64,000 nucleotides of DNA from Bacteroidales bacterium (GTDB lineage Bacteria; Bacteroidota; Bacteroidia; Bacteroidales; WCHB1-69), in the NCBI GenBank assembly GCA_017961265.1, contig JAGCXN010000036.1, positions 60,322 to 124,321 on the forward strand, written 5' to 3'. Under the pieces are notes generated by a model that had not been told where the DNA came from, did not search any database, and saw only the letters and a list, made by a program, of their open reading frames with translations. Below, one piece after another: positions 8,597 to 20,500 of this stretch (its first letter is position 1; each line of letters opens with the position of its first letter). The position numbers were made by a program, and so were the translations under genes.

Positions 8597-11500
8597 CTAT
8601 TTTTTTATCACTTTCTTTGTAGTGATAACGTTGCCGTCTGAAACGACTCGCAGCAAGTACATGCCTGAAGGTCTGCCCGTAAAGTCAATTTCAACCTCAT
8701 TGGCATCCACACGATTACGCAGAAGCAGTTTTCCTTGAGCATCAAAAAGCTGAATTTCAACATTATGCATGGTCGGAAGCTGGATATGGCAAACGTTTTC
8801 AACAGGATTCGGCCATACAGAAATCTCTTCATTTACAACACTTTCCTCAACACCCACAGTCATCAGATGCGCCACAATGGTGTGGTTCGCGTCCACATAA
8901 TGGAACGTGTAGGTGGTGATAGCACCCTGGCTCACACCGTCCACTTCCACGTCAATCACTTCATAGCCAGGGAACGGCATGATGTTGAAGGTCTGATCCG
9001 CGCCATATGTCACTGGAACTTGCCCGTAAGGACTGATATTACCAGCATCAATGGGATCGATGGAAGAGGTGATGATATACACATTTGGAGCAAATATTAC
9101 TTCAATCGTGTGCTCCTCATGTATATTATAGAAGGTATAACTGTCATTTGTCGGCGTTCCGATACTCTCTCCATCCACAATAAGATTCTCCACATACCAG
9201 CCTTCATCCGGAGTATAGGTAAAGGTGACCGCATCATCACAAGCGGCATACACAGTATCCATCGGCGACACCGTACCACTCCCCTGCTTGGAAGCGACCA
9301 GTATAAATTGCTCCCTTGAGAGATAGAAGACAATATCCATATCTTCATGGACATTCTGGATAAGGACAGAATCCTCATCGTAACCCATAACACCATTAAT
9401 ATCAATGGAATCAACATAGAAACATTCGAACAACGGAACACCCACAAGGGTATCTGTACCACAAAGGACATTGACAAGGGTATCGTAGAACACTTCGGTT
9501 TCTTCGCTAACAACCATAACCCTAATATCATACACATTCTGCGCAAAGACGGCACGGAGCGTATGGTCATCGGCTATGTCGAGGAAGGTGTAGCTGCTCA
9601 CCGCGCCTTCGTAAACATCGTCCACAAACACCGAATCAATGTGGTAGCAATCGTCCGCAGTGATTTCGATAGTGACAGTGTCGCCGTAGTTCACCACCGT
9701 GCTGGTCGGTGTCACGGAACCGCCGTCACCTGCCATCGCTGTCACCGTATATTCGTTGAGGCCGAAGCGGGCCGTTATGGTATGGTCGGCACGGACATTC
9801 GTAAACGTATAGGAGTCGGTGGCATCCACCGGTTCACCATCCACAAGCACTTCCGTCAGATGCCAGCCTGTGGCCGGAGCGAACGTATAGGCAGCATCAT
9901 CACCGCAGTTCACGGTCGTTGCTCCTTCGGGCACAATCGTACCCTCGCCCTCGACCGAAGCCGTCACCGTATAGGTATCAATGGCAAAGACAGCACGGAG
10001 CGTATGGCCTTCGGCTATATCGCGGAAGATGTAGCTACTCACCGCGCCTTCGTAAATATCGTCCACAAACACCGAATCAATGTGGTGGCAATCATCCGCA
10101 GTGATTTCGATGGTGACAGTGTCGCCGTAGTTTACGACCGTGCTGGTCGGTGTCACGTAACCGCCGTCACCTGCCGTCGCTGTCACCGTATATTCGTTGA
10201 TGACAAAGTGGGCCGTTATGGTATGGTCGGCACGGACATTCGTAAACGTATAGGAGTCGGTGGCATCCACCGGTTCACCGTCCACAAGCACTTCCGTCAA
10301 ATGCCAGCCTGTGGCCGGAGCGAACGTATAGGCAGCGTCATTTCCGCAGTTCACGGTCGTTGCCCCTTCGGGTGCAATCGTACCCTCGCCCTCCACCGAT
10401 GCCGTCAGCGTATAGGTATCCGTCGCAAAGACAGCACGGAGCGTATGGTCTTCGGCTATGTCGCGGAAGGTGTAGCTGCTCACCGCGCCTTCGTAAACAT
10501 CGTCCACGAACACCGAATCAATGTGGTGGCAATCGTCCGCAGTGATTTCGATGGTAACAGTGTCGCCGTAGTTCACCACCGTGCTGGTCGGCGTCACCGA
10601 GCCGCCGTCAACTGCCATCGCTGTCACCGTATATTCGTTGATGACAAAGTGGGCCGTTATGGTATGGTCGGCACGGACATTCGTAAACGTATAGGAATCG
10701 GTGACATCCACCGGTTCACCGTCCACAAGCACTTCCGTCAAATACCAGCCTGTGGCCGGAGCGAACGAGTAGGCAGCGTCATCACCGCAGTTTACGGTCG
10801 TTGCCCCTTCGGGCGCAATCGTACCCTCGCCCTCGACCGAAGCCGTCAGCGTATAGGTATCAATGGCAAAGACAGCACGGAGCGTATGGTCATCGGCTAT
10901 GTCGCGGAAGGTGTAGCTACTCACCGCGCCTTCGTAAATATCGTCCACAAACACCGAATCAATGCGGTGGCAATCATCCGCAGTGATTTCGATGGTGACA
11001 GTGTCGCCGTAGTTTACGACCGTGCTGGTCGGTGTCACGTAACCGCCGTCACCTGCCGTCGCTGTCACCGTATATTCGTTGATGACAAAGTGGGCCGTTA
11101 TAGTATGGTCGGCACGGACATTCGTAAACGTATAGGAGTCGGTGGCATCCACCGGTTCACCGTCCACAAGCACTTCCGTCAAATGCCAGCCTGTGGCCGG
11201 AGCGAACGAGTAGGCAGCGTCATTTCCGCAGTTCACGGTCGTTGTCCCTTCGGGCGCAATCGTACCCTCGCCCTCGACTGAGGCCGTCAGCGTATAGGTA
11301 TTCGTCGCAAAGACAGCACGGAGCGTATGGTCTTCGGTTATGTCGCGGAAGGTGTAGCTGCTTTCTGTGCCCACATAGGCCTCATCCACAAAGATAGAGT
11401 CGATATAGTGGCAGTTGTCTGCGGTGATTACAATAGTGAGCGAATCCCCATGGTTCACGACCGTGCTGGCAGGAGTTACAGAACCGCCTTCACCTGCCGT

Positions 11501-14500
11501 CGCTGTCACCGTGTATTCGTCAATGGCAAACAGAGCTGAAAGGGTGTGGTTACTGCGAATATGCAAGAAAGTGTAACTATCAGTAGCCTCCACTGTCTCG
11601 CCATCCACCCGCAGTTCAGCGAGGTGCCAACCCTCTGCTGCTGCTATCGAATAGGTGACACTTTCATCACAATCCACCGTTGTATCACCAGCTGGCGTAA
11701 TTGTGCCATTGCCCTCCACCGAAGCGGTGAGCGTATAGGTGTTCAGAGCAAAGACGGCGCGGAGCGTATGGTCTCCCGTCACACTATTGAAAGTATATAC
11801 AGCTGCCGAACCAACATAGTGACCGTCCACGAACACCGAATCAATACGATGACAATCCGCCGCAATGATGCGGATTGTCTGACGTCCTTGATAGTCCACA
11901 AGTGCCTGTTCGGGTGTAACTATTCCCCCTTCACCCGCTGTCGCCGTAATCTGGAACTGTGAAAGGGAGAATATGGGTTGCACCGTATGATTGGCCACAA
12001 TGCCTGTAAGCAAGCACGAGTCGGCTGCGGGCAGCGTGTCACCATCCACCACCACGCCGCTCACATAGTAGCCAGCATTCGGAGTAAAATGGAAGGTGAA
12101 ATCCGAACCGCACAGTACCGTTGTCGTGACATTGGGCATAACAGAGCCCCCCCCACGTGTAATTGGTGTAAGGGTGAACTCTTGCGGCGCGAATGTGGCA
12201 GACAACGTATGCGGAGCCGTCACATTCTCAAAAGTATAGGAGGATAACGCGCCACTCTCAACGCCATCAATCCACACATTATCAATACGATAACAACTAT
12301 CGGGGAGAACAGACACATTCAGAGATGAACCACAAGCCACGCTCGTATCCTCCGAAGGCAGCACGGAGCCACCTTCGCCCGCAACCAGCGTCACCGGATA
12401 AGTCAAAACGGAGAAGTAGGCCCGAACTGTCTGATCACCGAGTTCATCTGTACCCGCCACCGTGCAGGATGTTACGGGGCCAACATTCACACCATTCACC
12501 ACTACAGAGTCTATCTGGTGACATGCAGTGGGAGTGACAACATAGGTGATTTCCGAGCCACAAGCAAGCGTGGAAACTCCTTCGGGTTCGATAGTACCTC
12601 CTGCTTCCGCCTCTGATGTAGCTTCATACACATTGCGTGAGAAATAAGCCGAAACTGTCTTGTCTTCCGTGATATTTTCTATTGTATAAGAAATCACATT
12701 TCCAACGTTTACGCCGTTCACCACCACAGAATCTATGGAGAAACATGTTTCAGGCATAACAGAAATTGTGACACTTCCGTCACAAGCCACAGTTGTGGAA
12801 CCGTCAAGCGTGACATTTCCGCCCTCACTTTCCTGTAGTTCAATTGTATAAGAGTTACGTGAGAAGAATGCGCTAATCGTCTGATTTTCATCAATATTTT
12901 CAAAAACATAAGACGTGATAGCACCTTCATTCACCCCATTGACAATTACCGAATCAATGGAGTAACATGCTTCGGGAACGATATTGACGGAGCGGCTGTC
13001 CCTGCAAGCTACGGCAAGAGAGCCATCCGGTTCAATGCGTCCTCCCTCTGTGGTAGTTACAGCAATGTCATACACGTTCAGCGTAAAGTAAGCTACTACC
13101 ATCCTGTCGGAAAGGTTGCTTTCCACCGTCAGCGTATTTACAGCTCCTTGATTTTCACCATCAAGAATCACTGAATCAACGGTATAGCAATCATAATTGA
13201 AGTCTATGCGGATATTTTCACCACAAGCCAGTAACGAATCGGCAGCATAGAGCGTGGATGTGCCATCCGAATAGATGATGGTAACATTATTATCGGGAAG
13301 ATCCTGATAATCAATCACAAGCTGTTTGTCTTCATCCATCCGATCAATCGTATAGAAAGCAGTATCAGGAAGAAGGTGATTCACATTCGTATGATAATCA
13401 AGATTTTCAGTAATATCGACACCGCTCAAAACGACGGAACTAATCCGTTCACAGGCGGCAGGAAGGATATAGAACGTGGCTTCCCCGTCACATTCCACAC
13501 TATTTTGCTCCAAATGGACCGTCCCATTGCCCTGATTTACCACATCAAAACGATAATTATTGCTTGCAAAATGAGCGACAATTTCGTTGATCTGACGAAT
13601 ATCGTCAAGCGTAAAGGAAGCGATTTCACCATTGAACTCCATCGCATCGGGCGGAAGGACTTCACCATTAACCCACACCGTGTCAATATGGTAGCAGTTG
13701 ATAGGTGTAATCACAAACAGCTGACTGCCACCACAGGATACGCTCGGAGCAGACGGTGTTACCGAACCGCCAAATCCTGCTGTCACATGCTGCGGGTACA
13801 TAATTCTCTCAAACATCACCTCCACACGATGATCGGATGTGACATTCTCCAGAACAACCGCATTGTCCTGAACCTCCACCTGCTGTCCGTCCACAAGCAC
13901 TTCACCTATCTGATAGCAATCATCTGGAGTGATTATTACGGAGAACCCTTCTCCGCATGTAACCACATTCACTCCAGTGCCAGTCACGGTACCATTCTCT
14001 CCGGCCAACACCTCCACAGAATATTTGTTTATTGAGAAATATGCTGTAATATACTGTTCCTCATTTATTTCCGAAATGACGTAAGTATTCCCCGCACCCA
14101 TATTCACACCATTCACCAGCAAAGAATCTACTGAATAACAATCATCGGGCTGGACAGAAAGGGTTACATTATCACCACAAAGCACCTGTTCCGCCGCTGG
14201 AATCACCGTACCATGTTGGAGGCTCCCGTCCACAATCACAGAATAGGAAATCCGAGAGAAGAAGGCATCAACCACTTGATTCTCACGAATATTTTCAATC
14301 TGATACGAAGTAACGTCCCCCACATTAAGGCCATTCACTAGTACAGAATCCAGTGCGTAACATGCATCGGGAGCTACAGAAAATCCGACTACGCCACCGC
14401 AGGTCACTTCTGTAGTATCAAGGACAATTTGGCCATGCTCTGACAAACCGACACGGACAGTGTATTCCATCTGTGAGAAGTAGGCTGTAAGGGTTTGCAG

Positions 14501-17500
14501 CTCAGTCACCTCCGTAAAGTCGTAAGAGGAAACCGATCCCCTATTTATTCCATTCACCACCACCGAATCAATGGCGTGGCAGTCCTCAGCAACAATGTCG
14601 TAATGTACGGAAGATCCGTATGCGACGACCGTATCGCCAGGGATGACATTTCCAGAACCCACTGCTGTCACATCAATAAGATAGGTATAAGTCATGAATA
14701 TCGGCTCAATCGTATGGTTTGCACGGACATTTGTAAATGTATAAGAGGCCGCTGCTTCAATTATTTCCCCGTCAATAATCAATGAATCAATATAATAACC
14801 TTCATCTGGTGTAATAAGATAGGTTTTGTTGCCACCGCATGCCACTATGGTCATACCGGAGGGCGTGATGGATCCGTGCGGTGCATCGATAGCTGTTATC
14901 TCGTATTGGTTACGGCTGAAATATGCTTCTAGTGTATGGTTAGCAATAACCTCCGTAAACTGGTAGTCAGTTTCTGCATCCGTATGAATTCCATCGACAA
15001 GGAGGGAATCCAGTGCAAAGCAGTCATAAGCAAGACTAACAAGGGTATCTTCACCGCATCCGATTTCTATATCATTATATGAAAGAACGTTACCTTCTGA
15101 AAGGAAAGACACTAGAATATGATGCGGTTGCTCAATTCCATACACAATCTGTATCTGCTGATCTTCCTGCACACCTGCCACTTCATACACAGCAGTATCG
15201 GGCAACGACGGATTAGCATTTTCCAGATAAGTCAGCATCGGCATGATATCCACGCCATTGATGGTCACTTCCTCCAATGTCCGACAGCTGTCAGGAATAA
15301 TCTGTAGGCTATAGCCCCCGCCACAAAGGAAAGTTGTATCCGACAATTGTGCCACACCCCCTGCACCATTTTCCAAAGTGATGAACTTGGCATCCTTTGC
15401 AAATGTAGCTTCAATACGGAAATCTTCCTTGACATTCTCGAGGTCGAAAGCAAGTGTATCCCCGTTATACGGATACCATCCTTCCGTTTTCGGCACACCA
15501 TTCACAAAAATCGTATCAAGATGATAGCAGTCAGCGGCTATCATATTAAGCTGTTGCGTCTCTCCGCACAGGACAGCGGAAATGGCAGGAATAATGGTTC
15601 CCCCTTCACCTGCCACGCTTCTGACTGTGTATTCCAGTTGCGCAAATGTAGCGACCACTTCCTGGTCAGAGGTGATTCTCCGCAACACAAGTATGGCATT
15701 TTCACCTTGAAAATCAACCGAATCAAGATACGATTGTCCGTTGACTGTCAGCTGCGAGAGATAGTGACACTCTTCGGGAACGAAACGCAGTTCCGTATTG
15801 TCACCGTAGTCCACGGCCACACTGTCAGGCTCCACGGTGCCCGCACCGACAGCAGAAGTACGAACCATATAGTGATAGATTTCCGTCTTCACCGCAATGG
15901 TATGGTTCTCATGCACATTCAAGAAATCATAAAATGAAGCTGCCGGGAGATCCTCGTCGTCCACGACCAACGCAATAATCTGGTATCCCTCATCCGGGAC
16001 AAAAGCCAAATGTAGCGACGAATCGCACAAAACCATCTGGGCGATTTCCCCTTCAGTAATGGAACAATGTTCATATCCCGTCACCTCAATCCTATACGAA
16101 ATACGATGCATGTAAACATTCAAAGTTGTGGGTACGGTCACCGAACTACAGATATATTCGCTCTGTATTTCCACCTGCATATCGTTCAGAAACACAGAAT
16201 CAATTTTATAACACTCATCAAAAGGTGTGGCTTTCAGAACGGTATCCTTGCCACAGAGAATATATGTGGTATCAGAGGAAAGAATTTCTCCGCTCCCTGT
16301 AAGTCTATTCAGCACTATCGGGTAAACATACTGAGAAGTAGAAATCTCAAAACTATGGTTCTGACGGACATTGGTAAGGTTGTATATGAATCTGTTTTCG
16401 TCAGCAATCAATTCATCTATGATGGACTCCCCGTCAAGCAGTACCTCCGAGAGATAATGACAATCATCCGTTTTAACGGCCAGTACAAAACGTGTTCCAC
16501 AATCAACGATATTATGCGTATCCGCCTCCACGAAAGAGTACTCATCCGTAAACACATCCACGAGATAGGTAATATTGCTAAACACCACCCTGAGGTCATG
16601 GTCGGCTGAGACGCTGTCGATAGTGAGCGAAATACGATTAGTGCTATCCAAAAGGTCATTAACCAAAATATCATCAAGAAATACAGAATCCAGTTTAGCG
16701 CAATTTGCAGGAGTGAAGGTATATAAAAGATCCATACCGCACGGCACGACGCCCGTCGGACCATCGACCGTTCCAAGATGATGGTTATAGGTTACCGAAA
16801 CTTCATATCTATTGGTGCGGAAAACAAACGAAATGTCCAAGTCACGCTGCACATTACGGAGCACAAGCAGGGTATCACCGAACAATGTATAGACACATCC
16901 GTTCGAGACGGTGATTCCATCCAAATGATGGCAATCATCAGGAATGATGCGGATTGACAAAGTACTGTCACACGCTACGCTATAAGAATCAGCCTCGATT
17001 CTTCCTGCACCAGAGACATGTGGATTCACCGCATATACAATTTGGGAGAAATAGACGGCAATGTCACCATCCGCCTGCAATGGATCCAGAATAAAGCAAA
17101 GTGTATCAGAGAAATAGGTAACATCTCCAGCTGGAAAATCTTCCAATCCATAAATTTGTCCATTCCATCGTATGGAATCCAGACGGGTACACGCCTCATG
17201 AAGCGTGAAGACAGTCAGCGTCTGTCCACAGGCCAACAGCGTGTCCATCACCGACATCGGAGCTCCGTCAGAGACGATAAAGTGTACCGAATCCATCGAA
17301 AATGAAGCATCGATCACATAATCCGAATGGATATTTTGTATGAGGTAGGTGAATGTGTCACCTACGGCTATCCGATTTTCCATCTGGATCCACTCATCAC
17401 CAATTCTCACTGAATCAATATGATAGCATTCATCTGGGATAAACAGCAGCTGCACATCATTTCCACACGGGACTGCAGCATCCGGTAAGACGAGTTCTCC

Positions 17501-20500
17501 GTGATCTGGTTGCTGGATCGCTGAAATAGAATAATATATCTGCTCGAATTCGACAGAGAAGTTCAAATCACCGTCTGCTTCGGGGAAATAGCATGTACCT
17601 ACACCATTTTCATCTACCTGATAATCAGTAAATTGTTCATCATTAAGATATACTTCCTTGATATGGTAACAGTCGTCTGGAGTCATCGTCACAGTGACGG
17701 CATCCCCACAATAGACATAGGGGCCCGTTACGCTGGAGGCCACCGTTCCATTGCCTACAGACGAAATGCTATGATGATAGAACATTCTTCTGAAAGAGGC
17801 TATAACTTCATGATTTTCAGTAATATTGTTAAGAGTATAGAAGGCCGAATCACCAAAATGGTGGTCACTATTGTGGCGATAGTACAAGTACGAGTTGATT
17901 ACAACACCGTCAACCCAGACTGTATCAACCCGATAGCACGATGCCGGAACAAAAACAAGCGAAAGGCTTCCATCACAGCCCACAAGCGTATCGTCATTAG
18001 GAACGACAGCACCGTTCTCCCCCGAAGCAATAGACACTGTAAATTGTTTCAAGCCGAACGAGACGTTCAGTTCATGTGATGAGTGGGTATTGGGCAACGT
18101 AAAGATAACCGTATCACCATGGTAAACAAGTTCTTGCAAAACTTCTTCCCCATCCAGCAAAACAGAGTCCACGCGATAGCACTCATCGGGCACGAACTGG
18201 AGCGTCGTATCCTGTCCGCAGACCATCCACACCGTATCGGTGATAGAGGAAGTTCCATGCGGACCGACATTCACCACCAATGGGAATTCAAACTGTCGGA
18301 ATTCGACAGAAACCGAATAGTTATGCCGGATACCAGTCAATTCATAACGGAGCGTGTCACCAAATCCTTCTTGTCCTGCAGGAAAATGTTGTACGGCATC
18401 CATCACATCGGCCCCGTTCACCGTGAAGGAGGAGACATAATGGCACTCATTGGAAATGGCCTCCACAAGAACAGCACTGTCACACAACACATTGACAGAA
18501 GATGATGGAGAAACAGAACCATTTCCAGTAGAAGTCACCGTCACAGAATATTCCAACTGTTCAAAAGTAGCTGCCACAACATGGTCGCTACTGATATTCG
18601 GAATCGTAACACGGACGGTGTCACTAACCGTACGGAGCAAATCGTCACGTTGCTCCCCATCCCAATAGAAATGGGCGACCTGATAACACGGATCCGGCAG
18701 AAGTTTGAACCTTGCCGTTCCATCACATACCACACTTTCGTTCCCTACAATGGTCCCATGTTCTGCGGTCTGCACTTGCATCGTATAGTAGCGCTGGCTA
18801 AAATAGGCATCTAGCCGATGGGCGCCCTCCAAATGGGTAAAACAAAATGTATCCGTAATTTCCAAAAAGGCACCATCCAGCAGAATGGAATCGACCTGCA
18901 TACAGAAATTGGGGGCAACCACCATCCGCACGGTATCAAAATAACCGATGGATCCTGTTGTAGAGGGCGTTATTGTACCCGAATTATGCGCAAATGAAAC
19001 GATATTGAAGGTCTTCTCCTCGAAAACAGCATGGAAGGTGCTGTTTTGCATCACATGGGTCAGCACATACGGATTAGATACGCCGACCGACACACCATTC
19101 AACTGCAAATCCGTCAGTTCATAACCCACCTCAGCGACAAAGTTGAAAGTCAGTGTGTCCTCATAGTAGAGGCTGACGCTATCCAAGCCGACCGGCACGC
19201 CGCCCGTGACAGAAAGTATGCCATGCTCCGTAGCAGTATAATGGACGATATAGGGCTGATGTAAGAAGGTGACCGATATGGTATGGTCTGTCACAACGTG
19301 TTGGAATGTATAGACATACGCTGTCTGCAAGTGTGCGGCAGCGAAATAGGTGCCGTCCACAAAGACGGAGTCTATCACATACCCTGGATTGGCGGAAATA
19401 TAAAACTGCGCGGATTGCGTCCCCGACACAGATACGCTGTCCGATGGTGCAATGTTTCCACCCTCACCCGCTACAGCCACAACGACATACTGTCGGGGGG
19501 CAAAAGTGACTTGCACCAGCTGATTACCACGAATATTGGCAAGAGTAATTGTGTCGGGATTATCCCACAGCCGTTCTTCATTCACAGCCACAAAATTGAT
19601 GAAGTAACCTTCATCGGGATAAATACGGAATCCCATGGTTGTATCCCACGGAACATTAAATTGATGTGTAGCCCCGCCGTCAGGAACGATTCTCCCATTT
19701 TCGGCAATATCCAGTGTGACAACATATCTGATCTGTTTGAAACGCACTCTCAATTCATGGGGCGCGATAATAGTAGCGAGCGTCTGGGTATAGCTTGAAT
19801 TATTCAAGGGAGCAAAATTCGGGATTCCATCAAGCCAAAGTGTATCAATAAGATAACCCGGATTTGCAGAAACTGTATAAGTAAGATCCGCCCCTTCAGC
19901 GACCATGGTGGTGCCCTCAGTGGTGACCCCATCGGTGGTCACAGATACAATTCCGCCATATTCCGCTATCACCTCAAACAGATGAGCCATACCTGGCGTA
20001 TTAGCGCGGAGAACAACATCATCAATCATCAGCCCAGAAGCATCATCAGAGGTATAGGCAATGGCGACATAGCTCGCTGTCGGCGGGAGATTGCCGACAA
20101 AAGTCTGCCAGTCGGTGTAGTTGGTCGTTTGGATGGTATCTTCCAGCCAGACAAAATCATCAACAGAAACGTATTGGTTTCCTGTATAATAGCCAATAAC
20201 GAACTTTTCCGCTTCATAGGAGATGGTATTGGCTGGTTGGGCCGCCTTGTACTTGAAACGGATCTGGACCGAGTCGGAGGTGCTATTAATCAGCTGAGGG
20301 GAGACAAGGTACTGCCGATAATCAATACCGCAATCACCGAAATCCCGATACCCTGATGTAAAGCCAAAATAGCCATCCATGCTCTGTCCGAAAAGAAGCG
20401 AATTGAAACAATCTGCCCCGTCGTTATTCGTGTAGGTTCTCCAGCCTGTTGTCGAGAAGATTCCTTCAAAATCATACGCGTAAGGGAGAGTCTCCTGCGA

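Noticed and set aside
9347-11281. 644-aa repetitive plus-strand ORF
   Set aside because: Antisense reading of the adhesin's 441-bp repeats.
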